Source: Cyanophora paradoxa CCMP329 (taxonomy: Eukaryota; Plantae; Glaucophyta). From it: 64,000 bases of DNA. The DNA lies in NCBI GenBank assembly GCA_004431415.1, contig QPMI01000408.1, positions 620,001 through 684,000 on the forward strand, given 5' to 3'. Shown piece after piece: positions 36,806 to 49,208 of the stretch (positions within the stretch are counted from its first letter, which is position 1; each line of letters opens with the position of its first letter). The position numbers and the translations under genes were made by a program. Under the pieces are notes generated by a model. It searched no databases. It worked only from the letters and a program-made list of their open reading frames with translations, and was not told where the DNA came from.

Positions 36806-37423
36806 CTTACGTTCGGCCCGTTTGTAAGATCAGACCGATCCCTAGCCTAGTAGCTGGTACCAACTATCTTGCAATTGTGTGTAATTTCCTCTTGAGACAA
36901 TGCCCTGTTTGGCATGCGCATGGCCGGCCGCGGGCCGCGGGGGCAGCCGGCAGCCCAGTGACTCAGTGAGCTACAGATCTAGATCTGCGTGACTTATTTT
37001 CTGATCGCAGTACACTATACTATCATAGTATGATGATAGTGCTGACTTTTTCAAGTGGCGCCGCGGCCCGCGGCCGGGGCCAGCCCTCAGGGCCTGGGCC
37101 CGCGTCCCGGGGAGTCCCTCGAGCCTCGGAGCTAGCTTAAGCTTAGTCGTGCTCAATGCCCGGCGGCCATGATGCCATGATGATGGCCATTTAATTTCAA
37201 CGTACCACGGGCGGGCCCCCTAAGTCAACGCATGCGCAGTCTAGATCTGCCAGGCTGGACCGAAGTATCTTCAAAAGCTTGTAATTGGGCGCAATTTCCT
37301 CTTGAAACTTTGGCTATTCTATAGCTATAGCTATCCTTGAGACTGAATGTACTACGGTGCATGGAAGGGGGCGGCCCGGCGGAGACGATGGAGAGGCACT
37401 GCATGAATAGGTCGGGCTTCTAG

Positions 37424-39610
37424 CTATAGCCACTTCTTGTACTTGAAGACGGCGAGGAGGAGGGCCGTGGAGATGATGATCTCCGCCAAGATGAGCCCGA
37501 AGGGGCCCATGTCGCTGCCCCCGTCCGTCTGGTAGGGGATGTCGATGTTCTGTGGGGGTTCGGTTAGCAGAGAATCAGAAAACGGGGGCGGTGGGGGGGT
37601 ACCTGGCTGAACATGCCCGAGACGAGCGTGTGCCAGAAGACGACTGGGCCGACCAGCGCCGTGCACTGCATCGGGTTTGGCTCGTGCGGGCTACAGCGAA
37701 TCTTGCCGTTGGGGAGGAAGAGAGGAAAGATTGGGGGGTACCCGCATGATGTAGTTGGTCTTGGCGGCCGACTCTGCGAGCTCGAGCTGGAGCCGGTCCT
37801 GGTTGCTGACCTGCGGCCCGGCCGAACGTCAGGCTTGGCTCCGGCTTGTTTGATTAGAAGAGAGAGCGCTAAGGCGCCTGGGCGGATCGGAGGCTGTCGG
37901 CGGCCGCGTTGGCGCGGAGGAGCGAGCCCTCGAGCTTCGAGTGGACGTCCCTAACGTACGGCGCCAGCCCGCCCGCCGCGATGCGCCCTGCCCGCCCCGT
38001 CCCTCAGAGCGCGCCCAGGGCCAGGGGCGCTCGTGAAACCGTTGAACGCGCACGGAGCGGGGCGCGGTCGGCGGAGGGGGTGAGGAGGGCCCCCGTGACC
38101 TCGCACTTCGTATCCAGGAGGCCCTGCGCGCCGCGCGCGTGCGCAGGTGAGCGTCGGGCAGGCGGCAGGGCCCTGGGGCGACTGCCCGGTCGCTCGCCTT
38201 CAGGGCGTCGATGCGGCGGCGGAGCAGCATAATCCGCCGCAGGACGGTGTCCCGCAGCGCGCGGCCCGCTGCGCCCTGCCGCCGCCTGAGCCGAGCGGGG
38301 GCTGGCGCGGGGGCGGGGTACTGCAAGGGCGCACGGAGCCGGAGACGATCTCGCGGCCGATGGCCTCCGCCTCCTCCTCCACCGCCGCCAGCGGCGGAGC
38401 GATCGAGTCGGCCACCGTGTCCAGGATCGCGTACGTCAGCGCCTGTACCCGGCTCGTCCTCAGTCTCGGGGGTACAGCGGATCATTCGGGGGGTACGACG
38501 AGCCTCGGCGGAGAGTTCGGCGGCGGCAGCGGCGTGCGCGGCGGCGGCGGCAGGTGCCGCTGCTGCGCTCCGCCGGAGGGCACGGAGCCTGTCCAGTACC
38601 TGCCGGGGTACGTGAGCCTCGCTGGCGCTTCTGGGGTACAGGAATCGCACTCGGTGCTCCAGAAGGTCGCCGAGGGAGTCCTGGAGGCGGGGGGGCGGCT
38701 CGGGCTCGGCTCGGGCTCGCAAATCGCCGTACCCCCCCGGAGAACGCGTACCCGGTGGAAGGAGAGGACGGCGTCCTCCATGAGGACGATGTGGAGGGCG
38801 GCGGTGCGGACGGGCTTCACCTCGAGCGCGAACTCGGAGCCGGAGAGGGGCGCCGGGCGCCGCGCCTGCGCCCGGGCGGCCAGGGCGCGGAAGAGCCGCC
38901 GGACGGCCCGCGAGGCGCGCCGGGCGGCGCCGACGTCGCGGAGGGCGTCCCGTCGGGCGCCGCCGACGGGGGGGTGGAGCGCGAGGGAGATGCGGGGGTG
39001 GGCGGACTGGGCGAGGGAGCGGGCGGGGTGCAGGGAGTCGTCGGGGAGAGGCGTGGAGGAGGGGGCGCCCGGCCCCGAGGCGGTGACGATGACGGCCAGC
39101 GACACGAAAACGTACTCGTCGAAGTGCTCGACCTGCCGCGGGGTCAGCGCGGGCGGGGCGGGGCGGGTCGGGGGCTCCTCGCCTTCTCGTGCACGTCCGC
39201 CGCGAAGCAGTCCTCGGTCGTGACGGGGTGCAGCTCGAAGAGGCGCTCTACGAAGTCCATATCTGCGCTCACCCGCTCGCTCGGGACACAGCGGCCGCGG
39301 GCCGCGGCGGGGAGCACCGGCGATGGTGGGCGCCTCGAAGTCGAGCCAGGGCGGGCTCTCCGGCGAGCGCCTTCTGGCGATCTCCTCGAGCTGCGCGATG
39401 CTGGGGACGTCCTCCATGCCCAGGCGCCCCACCACGTTCACCACGCGCCGAGCGCCGAGGCCGCCGGGCCGCGCCTGCGGGCGCGTCGAGGGGCCGGCGC
39501 CGTCCCCGAGCGCTGCAGGATCCAGCGGCCGACCCTGCAGCAGCGGTGCGTCCGAGCCCTGCGAGCGGCCGCTCTGTCGCGCGTACACGGGGGCGCATCT
39601 CGGCCGCCAT
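37424..39610 (-). CDS. CorA/Mrs2/Alr-superfamily divalent cation transporter
   Basis: PWLDFEAPT, FELHPVTTEDC, KVEHFDEYVFV, KTNYIM, and two C-terminal TM helices TLVSGMFSQNIDIPY..LLAVFKYKKWL. Start approximate. Confidence 0.8.
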
Positions 39611-39803
39611 TACGCACCGCATCGCTGGGAGGTGGAGGCTGCCTCCCGCGTATCGAGGGGCTCTTCGGCGGGAGCCTCATGGAAAGCCACGCCAATTCGT
39701 CGCCAAACGAAGGGGGGGTAGGTTCAGTTTGGGGGTAGAGCGGCCGGAGCCTACTTTGGGAGGTCCCGTTTTCCAACATCACAGCAGCGTCGGACGGGCC
39801 AAA

Positions 39804-42277
39804 ATGCCTCTCGAACGCACTCTCGCCATGATCAAACCCGATGCGGTGGCCGCCGGGAGCGACACGGCCATCATGGAGCAGATCGAAGCGAACGGCTTCA
39901 CGATTGTCGCGAAGCAGAAGTATCAGGTCAGCATGCATTCGGGCTTGCCTGGAGAGGCCGCTGGGCCCTAGCAGCCACGCTACGCGCACGCGCGCAGACT
40001 TCTAGTTTCCGCGGGTGACACGCTGTGCGGCGCAGCTCACGAAGGAGAAGGCGGAGGAGTTCTATGCCGAGCACAACGGCAAGCCCTTCTTCGAGGGCCT
40101 GGTGAACTTCATGATCAGGCACGCCACTTTCCTTGGAATGCGGAGCCGCACATGCAGCGGGTTAGGGGCGCGGCGGGAGTCTGATTCGGAGCGTTCTGCA
40201 GCGGCCCCATTTGGGCACTGGTTCTCTCCCGGGAGAACGCTATCGCGGAGTGGCGCAAGCTCATGGGCCCGACCAACTCCACGAAGGCCAAGCAGGAGGC
40301 GCCGGAGAGGTGAGGGCACTCGGAGCGATACGAAATACAATTCGGAATCCGAATCTTGATTACTCCCCGCTCCCCGCAGCCTTCGCGCCAAGTTCGGCAC
40401 TGACGGGCAGAAGAACGCGACTCACGGCAGCGACTCTCCCCAGAGCGCTGCGCGCGAGATCAAGTTCCACTTCCCGAAGCGTGCGCTCGCTAGCTAAAGG
40501 CGGGAGGGCATGAAACGGCTGACCTCCCGGCTGACCTCTTTGTCTTGCAGTCACCTCGGACCCTCTCCCCGTCGGCGCCAGCGCGCGCGAGTACCTGCAG
40601 TCCACTGTCCTTCCTGTCCTCACCACTGCTCTCACCCAGCTTGTGAAGACCAAGCCCTCCGATCCCATCGTGCGCCTCAGCGGTATTTTCGACCTCCGTT
40701 TGCATGGCGCTCATTCGGTCCCGCCTGCAGTCGTGGCTCGCGGACTGGCTCCTGGATAACAACCCGAACAAGCCGAAGGTTCACGAGGCTGGCGTTCCGG
40801 TAAATCCGCCCTGCGCTGCGATGGGCCTGCACAAATTGATCCGAGCGCAGCCGAAGGCCGCACCCGCGCCCACCGCCGCTGCGCCCGCTGCCGCGACCCC
40901 CGAGCCCGCGCCCGCCGCGGCACCGGCGGCAGAGGTCAAGTCTGGCCTCATCTCCGGCAAGAAGGTCGTGTTCGTCCTCGGCGGCCCCGGCTCCGGCAAG
41001 GGCACCCAGTGCGAGCGCATTGTCAAGGAGTTCGACTGCGCCCACGTCTCGGCCGGCGACCTCCTGCGCGAGGAGGCGAAGAGCGGCTCGGAGCAGGGCA
41101 ACATGATCCAGGAGATGATGAAGGAGGGCAAGATCGTGCCCGGCTCGGTCACCATCAACCTGCTTCGCCAGTTCCTGGAGAAGACGGACAAGAAGACCGT
41201 CCTCATCGACGGCTTCCCGCGCGAGATGCAGCAGGCCATCGATTTCGAGACCGGGGTCCGCCTCTGCCGACGCACCCGGCTGACCGCGCCTTTCCAGCTC
41301 ACCTCCGTGTGCAGATCACGCCCTGCGAGTTCGTTCTCTTCTTCGACTGCCCAGAGGAGGTCATGGAGGAGCGGCTCATCAAGCGCGGCGAGACCAGCGG
41401 CCGCGCCGACGACAACATCGAGACCATCAAGAAGCGCTTCCGGACCTTCATCGAGACCAGCATGCCCGTCATCGCGCACTTCGAGAAGACGGGCCGCGTG
41501 CGCCAGATCTCGTCCGTCCCCACCCCCGACGAGGTCTACGCCGAAGTCCGGAAGCTCTTCTCCACGTGCGCGGCCGCGCCCTCCCTTCCTCGCGCCTCTT
41601 CGCCCGTCTTACGTGTGTGTCCGCAGCTCGCCGGCCCCCGCTCCGATCACCGGCAAGAAGGTCGTGTTCGTTCTCGGCGGCCCCGGCTCCGGCAAGGGCA
41701 CCCAGTGCGCCAACCTGCTGGCCGACTTCCCGAGCATGGCGCACGTTTCGGCCGGCGACCTCCTGCGCGAGGAGGCGAAGAGCGGCTCGGAGCAGGGCAA
41801 CATGATCCAGGAGATGATGAACGAGGGCAAGATCGTGCCCGGCTCCGTTACCATCAACCTGCTCCGCCAGTTCCTGCAGAAGACGGACAAGAAGACCGTC
41901 CTCATCGACGGCTTCCCGCGCGAGATGCAGCAGGCCTTGGACTTCGAGGGCCAGATCTGCCCGTGCGAGTTTGTCCTGTACTTCGACTGCCCCGAGGAGG
42001 TCATGGAGGAGCGCCTTCTCAAGCGTGGCGAGACCAGCGGCCGCGCTGATGACAACATCGAGACCATCAAGAAGCGCTTCCGGACCTTCGTGGAGACCAG
42101 CAAGCCGGTAGTTGATCACTTTGAGACTCAGGGCAAGACCCGGAAGGTTTGCACCTGATCTGCTATGAATGTTTTGCTGCCGTTCCCTGACCACCCTTCA
42201 TGCAGATCTCTTCCGTGCCGCCCCCGCAGGAGGTGTACGCAGAAGTCAAGGCTCTCTTCGAGGGCGGCGACTTCTAG
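39804..42277 (+). CDS. Nucleoside diphosphate kinase (NME5/RSP23-like) + Dpy-30 + two adenylate/UMP-CMP kinase domains
   Basis: [19 protein letters not shown], Dpy-30 [44 protein letters not shown], Ala/Pro linker, then twice [43 protein letters not shown]. Confidence 0.9.
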
Positions 42278-42496
42278 ATCTGCTCCCTAGATGCGCGTGT
42301 AGAGTTGTATAGGCAGGTTGCTCCAGAATTCTATCAAACCGTGCTCCACGGCTCCTGCATGCACAGGGCACCTGCAGCTGCCTCGTACTAGATGAAACTT
42401 GATTGGAAGTTATGCTGGCAGAGTCTTACTTACTCTCATATCTAAAACTGGCAAAGGACCTGGCCTAAAGCAGTCTGCACAAAGAGAAGTCTATAG

Positions 42497-45258
42497 CTAT
42501 GTCTCGCCAAAGAGCTCGTTCTCCAGTTCAAGTGCTACCTCATCTGAGTCTAGCGAGCCAGAGGATGCTGGAGATGCAGGTTCCCTCTGCTCGGATCTGT
42601 CTTCTTCTCGGTCATTGCTTGTCAATGGCGCGCTGGGCAGCGTGTCTGTGGTGGAGCTTGGCAATGTGGGAGAAGTTTGCTGGGCAGGAGCGGGGGTTGT
42701 CAACCGAGGAGGCACTTGCGAAGTCTCCAGTCGGAGTGTGTTTGGTCTCTGTTGGGTTCTTTCGGAATCTGGAAGGCCAGCAACACCTAGAGAGAAATCT
42801 GCCTCATTTGGACGCTTCCAGCTCTTTGCAGCTTCCCAAAGCCTGCGCAAGAAAAGCTGGTTTGAAAACGATTGCATGGTCGGACACTGCCTTGCAAACC
42901 AGTTGAGATGAACGATTCGAATGGTAGGACATGTTAATGCCTGTGTCACCTTCGCAGTCCCAGGCTGTGCCCCACGTTAGCATTTTGACGGATTGCAACA
43001 AAAGATTCCATGCACACCTTCATAGCGATCAGGTGCGTGACGACAGGACTAATCTCAGTGTGGCACTGAGCGCCAAAAGTCTCTGCAAGTTGCCACGCTT
43101 GGGCTCTGCGAGCTCTTTTTTTAGCTTGGTCTCATTACCAGTATGCCAAATACTCAAACCTGCTTGGCGGCATGTTTGTCGGAAACACACCCGAGAAGAC
43201 ACAATGCACTCCCTGAAGCACCTCACGCCGAACGTTCTCTAGAATTTCCTGCGGGGCAATCATGATCTGCATTATTCCGTGAGGGAAAGGCTCATGCGCA
43301 CCCTCACATCCGGGAAGGATGAAGATGGGAAGTTCGATCCTCGAGACCGTTCTCTATCTACAACCGCAAAGAATCGACTGTGCACCTCCTTTAAAACCTG
43401 AAAATGTTGCGGCATTAATGACAACTGACACAGAAGAATCAGCAGAGGCAGACCCGAAGCATGTAAGAGAGCTGCAAATCTTCAGTGATGTTGTACTGCC
43501 ATCGGCTGATTGAGGAAGGTGGGATGAACTCCAGCGTGATGGGAGGTGGAGGACTGTTGTTGCTTGACGGTGATGCCGATGCAGAGTTGGCTGGTCCTCC
43601 GCCAGATGACTGTGAGTCGTCTACCTGACCATCATCGCTCGGTTCCAGTGGAGTCTCCACCGTTGGAGTCTGAACGGCGTTGGAACTCGATGGCTGTGGT
43701 GATACCAAGCTCGAGGGGGCCTGTGGTGGTGAACTTGAGGAAGCGGATTGTGTTGGACTCAAGGAAGCTGGAGCAGAAGGGAAAGAGGGTTCGGACACTG
43801 CAGCGGATGCTGCAACACGAGTCAGAACGAGAAAGACTATCTCTGAACCGAGCAAGGGCTGGACAATCATCATTCCACACACACCTCTGGACACCCCTGG
43901 CCTTCTTTGCACGCCTGGGGCACGTGCTGGACCCTGCGTAAAAGACTGCTCAGACAAAGATTGCTCAGACACCTGGAATTAGAACGATCTCACTGGCATT
44001 CTACTGACTCACCGGTAACGATGCTCCAGCAGCATTGTTCACCTCTGGTCCATCCAGGAAAAACGTGTCTGCATCGCTCTCGTTAGCACTCCTTTCAGCT
44101 GGTGTCAAAGAAAAGCAAACAATGCACATGGCTGGATTTGCAGAAGGTTCTTGGATGACTTCCACACATCGTTCCGGTCATCAATGATCAGAACCATTGA
44201 GGTATCACAGGGGAATAGACGCTCTAGCTTCTTTTCCATCGGTTCCGGGGGTCGATTCGGGTCTCGATCCCCCTGCATCTCCTCCCGAGCTGCAATCCGC
44301 TCGTGGAAGTAATGCTTGGATGGGTCGATGATCTCTGATATCTTCTTGGCGTATTCTTGTGTGCCAAAAGTGTAAATGTGGAGCACAAAAAGCTTCGAGA
44401 CCTCCTCGAGGAATGAGAAGAGCCCAGGTCTGCGAAAACGTGTCACCGCAGAATGCCACTTTTACATGCATCTCCATGCTTAAAACAGCATACCTCAGCT
44501 TCACATAGTAATTGAAGTTGCACTTGGGCAGTTGGAAATCGTGAAGGCGGCCAAGACGTGGATCTTTACAGAAAGATTTGTAAGCGAAACGCGCAGCCAG
44601 TTTCCGACGGGCCGTAGCTCACCAGGATCCTGCCACGCGATCACTTCCGGGACTGGAGGGGGTGTCGGATGTGGCTTGTTGCGGTCATACGGCGACTGAG
44701 TGGCATGTAGCAAGGTATGGTCGATATCGAGCACGAGCGATAGCTTTCGCTTCTCAATCAGTAACCGTGCCTCCTCCATCTCGATCTTTGCCGCCACCTG
44801 CAGAGGGACGCGTCGGTGCTGTGTGGCAGCAGGTCCCTAGCGGCGGACCTTGCGCTTGACATAGATGTCCTTCTGCATGGCGTGCTCGAACTTAATGTAC
44901 TTGTTTTTGTTCTCGAGGCTGCGAGATTCGAGAGTTCGAACGAAGACGCACACGAAACATACTGACACGCGCACCTCGAAACGTCGACGGACTCGCTGCA
45001 TTCGCAGCAGATGCCACCGGTCACCATCTCATGCGAGCACGAGTATGTGGAGCTTGAACTTGTGTCGCGCACGCGTCTCGTTCGCTTGGACCTGCTGAAA
45101 GGTCAGGAGGAGGGTAGCTTGCATGTGCAGTGAGCGCACGCTCTCGGCGGGGCCGAGCTAGGTCCCTCATCCATCCCCGAGCCCCTCGCAAGCGCCGGCA
45201 AGCCGTCGACAGCGCCCGCATTCGCCTCGGCGCCACGCGAGCCCTCGCCGTCTTCCAT
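42497..45258 (-). CDS. RNA polymerase II CTD phosphatase FCP1/CPL-like (FCPH + BRCT)
   Basis: CSHEMVTGGICCEC, KRKLSLVLDIDHTLLHAT, VKLRPGL, VLIIDDRNDVW, BRCT-like EVLQGVHCVFSGVFP and RIVHLNW. Start approximate. Confidence 0.9.
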
Positions 45259-45273
45259 CCGCGGCTACGGCGG

Positions 45274-48200
45274 ATGGTGAGTCGATCGGGCGGCTCTGAG
45301 GTGAGGCTCGTGCGCTGTGCGCTCGCAGACGCCGGCCGCGTGGCCCGCAGCTAAAGTCCGCGGCGCAACCGCGACCGCGCTCGCCGAACTCGGAGTGCTG
45401 CCGTCTTCTATAGAGTTGTTCTGGCTTTTACTGTCGCTTCTGACGCTGGCAGCCGCTGGGAGGCCGCGGAAATCGAGGCGACAAGGAACTGGCCCCGGTC
45501 AGTCCCGAGCCGGGGACTCAAGCGCGGATCGACCGAAGCACAGCGCTGGTCAGCCCCAGCGCGTCCGGGCAACGTGGGCGTGTCAGGCTCGTGGCTGGCA
45601 AGCTCACTTTTGAAGAGCGAGGACGCCAGCACTTTTCAGGGTGAGGGCGAGCGGCGTGCGAGGTCGAGCGGCGGCGCCGTCTCCCAGGGCGCTCTGCAGG
45701 TCGCGCTGGGCGAGCATTTGAGGTTTGCAGTTGAATGGAATCGCTTTTGCACGCCTCGCGCCGCGGCTGACCGACCGCGCACAGTGACGTTGAGCGATGT
45801 CGGGCTGGGCTTCGGTGCGCATGCGCAGCTCGCCCTCGCAGGTTTCCAGCCTCAGCGCCTGACATTCGCGCTATGTAGCACACATGCTCGGGTTCTCGCA
45901 CAGCGGCCGCTCCCGTGCGCGACGCAGGACAGCGCCGCGGCGCCGTTGCTGCACTGACCCGGGCGCTTGCAGCTAGCCGACAAGACAAACGTGCCCCGGG
46001 ACCGGAACGACAGCCACGAGCATGTCAAGGAACTCAAGGAGGAGATTATGAGGCTGAGAGACAAGCTGGAGCGGGAGGAAGACCGCAACAAGCGCCTGGA
46101 ACGCCAGCGGGACAAAGCGGAGGCAGACTGCAAGCTGCTCGTGCGGGAGCGGGACGAAGCGGATGCAGACTTACAAAAGGAGCAGGAGCGTGCGAGGCGG
46201 CTCCAGCGAGAGCGGGACGGCGCGAAGGACGACCTGCGGGACGAGGCGGAGCGTCGCCGCAAAGCCGCACGGGACGCCGAAGCGTCCCGTCTCCACACTC
46301 AGGAGGCCGAGGCGCGGGCGGCCGATGCGAGCAAGGAGCTTCAGGCGGCGCGCGCCGCCCAGCAGGCGTCGGCGGCGGAGGCCGCGGCCGCGAAGCAGCG
46401 CGCGGAGGCGGCCGAGCGGCGGGCCGCGACTGCCGAGTCATCCGCGAGGGCGGCGGAACGGGAGCTGGAGGAGGTGCGGAGGCAGGCAGAGGCCGCGGGG
46501 GCCGCTCGGCAGCAGCTGGAGGAGGAGCGGGAGAAAGCCAAGGCGAGCCTCGCGAAGGCCCGGGAGGAGGCGGGGGCGGCGCGGCAGCGGCTGGAGGAGG
46601 AGCGGACGCGGCGCGAGGCGGCGGAGACTCGCGCCGGGGAGGCCGAGGCGAGGGCGGAGGAAGCGGGGGCGAGGGCCGAGGCGGCCGAGGCGAGGGCCGC
46701 GGCAGCTGAGAGGCAGTTCTCCGAGACAAGCGACCGGCTCGCCTCGGCGGAGGCGGCCCTGCGGACGGTGTCCGCGGAATGGGAGGAGCACCAGGAGGCG
46801 GAGGAGAAGCTGCGGGCGGAAGCGGAGGCGCTGCAGAAGCAGTACGACGACGCCTGCGACACGAACGGCTACCTCCAGGCCAAGCTCGAGGAGGCGATCG
46901 AGGAGGGGAGGGCCAGGACGGGGCGCGCGTCCGCGGCCGGCGGCCGCCGGCGCGCGTTCTCCGTCTCGCCGCCCCGCGCGTCCGACCTCGAGGCGCGCTG
47001 CGCCCCCCAGGTCAGCGACGCGCCCACGTGCATGCTGCGCTCTTGAGCCTCACGGCTCCCTCGCAGAGCTCCGACTCTGCGGAGTTGCCGATGGCGAAGA
47101 TGCGCGTCAGCCTCTCCGCGCGGGCATCGCTTGCAATTGATCGCGCGTCGCTCGGGCGGTCATCACTCGGGCGGACGTCTCTCGCGCGGGCATCGTTCGG
47201 GCGGGCATCGGTCTCGCGGGCAAACACCCTGCGCGCCCCTCCCGCCGGCGCTCGGGCTGACGCCCAGGCAGCGGAGCAGCGTCAGAGGGCAGAGCCCCTC
47301 GCGGGGCGAAGAGAGCTCGGAGGGCGGGCAGGGGCGCCGCGGCCGCCTGAGCGCCATCCCATCGTCGCCCGCGCAGACCCCGGAGGCGCCGGAGAGCCCC
47401 TGCACCCCGAAGCCGGCGCCCGCGCGGCCGCTTTGCGCCGTGTCGCCCGGCGGCGCAATCACGACGCCCGCGCGGGCGGCCGCGGCCGCGGAGCGGCCGA
47501 AGCGGCCGCGCTCGAGCCCGCCCTCCGCCGGCCGCCACCGCTCCGTTTCTTTCTTAAATGACGAGCTTCGGGTGCCCGGGCACGCGGCGGCCCCGTCGGC
47601 GTCGCCCGCCATTGTGCAGCAGCAGAAGCGGCCGCGGCAGAGGGACGACGATGCCGACCCGGAGGCCTCGGAGCGGGAGAAGTGGCTCCAGATGAACCCG
47701 CGGGAGTTTCAGCGGGAGCTGCAGCGGATCTCCGCGCTCGTGCTGACGGCCTCGGAGCGGGCGGAGTGGCTAGCGAGGGCAAGGGACCGGCAGCGCGAGA
47801 CGAAGCGGCAGCTGGTGGACCTGGAGAATCAGTGCCGCAGAGACCACTTCCTCGAGCTGTACGCTCTCCCTTCTAGCCCCCGCGATTCCCGTGATTGCAC
47901 ACTGTTATCTTACAACAACCTAAAACCTAACATCGCAGTGCCTTCTACAACCACGTGCGGAAGAGGTTCTACCACCCGAATGAGGCTCGTGCCTTCAGCG
48001 CCCCGGTGCGACGTGTCGGATGACGGCGCCGCGCAGGATAGCGGGACCTTCTACGTCATCGCGGACACGAACATCTACCTGCACTGCAACTGGGAGCGCC
48101 TGCTCGGCTACTCCGCCCGCGGCGTGCTCCTTATCGTCCCTGGCCCCGGTGCGCGATGATTCCAAGGTCCGGAGCCCTCGCCCGTTCCGATCCGCTTACA

Positions 48201-48872
48201 CCCTCGAAGTGGAGTGGGAGCTGGACGGCTTGAGGAAACCGGATTCGCGGCAACGCGAGCGCGACAGGGAGGCGGTGCGCGCGAAGCCCTGCGCTTGACC
48301 GGCCGCGGCCTGATTCGAGCCCCCCGGCTGCTGCGCGCGCAGGCGTGCAAGGCGGTCTCAGATATCCAGCGGCACGTGACGGGGAACGTGCGGATCCCCG
48401 CGCTGCGCACGGCGCTGCGGCACGAGCGCCTCCCGCTGCCGGTGCACGGCCCCCGCGCCAAGAACAACGATGACCTCATCATCGAGTGCGCCGCCTACTT
48501 CTCGGTCGTGCGTCCCGTCCACCTCCCCCTCCCCCTCCGGTATTCTTCTCAGGGAGGCCGCGCGCAGGTCGCCGAGTCGCCGGAGCGCGCGATCATCGTG
48601 TCCCACGACAAGGTCGGCGCTGGAGCTAACTGCCCCCTGTGCCTAGCTATAGGCCTTCGCGCGCCGACGCAGCTGCACAGGCCGTTGTGATCCGGGCGGC
48701 GAGCTTCGGGATATGCGCCCTCGAACTCGCCGAAGCCCTGGAGGAGCTCGACAGCGTGAGCCGCCCGGGCCCCATATTGCACCCTGCTTTCCTCACGCCC
48801 CTTCCTCACGCCCCGCCGCCCCAGATGGACGACGGCCTGGCCGCCCCTTCATCAGCTGCAGGTAGCTGCTGA
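45274..48872 (+). CDS. Long coiled-coil protein with C-terminal PIN (Swt1/Smg6-like) nuclease domain
   Basis: Glu/Ala/Arg coiled coil at 45970-46910. PIN motifs FYVIADTNIYLH, VEWELDGLRK, NNDDLIIECA, IIVSHDK. 5' end uncertain. Confidence 0.7.
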
Positions 48873-49208
48873 GCAGAGAATCAAGTACAGTGCAGATTAT
48901 TATAAGCTGTAGAATCAGATACCGGGTAAGCTGATCGAGGATGTGTGAGGATGCACGAGAGCCCACCGTGCCATCGCACGGTGTGAGGATGCACAGTGGC
49001 ACAATTTGATCGCACGGGTACGAGCATCTGACAATGTTCAGCGTTCCAGCCCCAATTGCAACGTTGACTACGTTCAGTTAACGTTCAAGCCTGAAATTGA
49101 CGTTCAGGGCCACTGTTTAGTTTATCTCGCTCGCATTAGGCATCGATTTCGCTATAGCCCACCGCACCGCAGCGCGCTCCCGATCATAAAGTTCACCGAC
49201 CTGCAGCG

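Noticed and set aside
23278-45258. OGT, PCGF and FCP1 as a chromatin/Pol II functional cluster
   Set aside because: Interspersed with unrelated genes; adjacency in a dense eukaryotic genome is plausibly chance.
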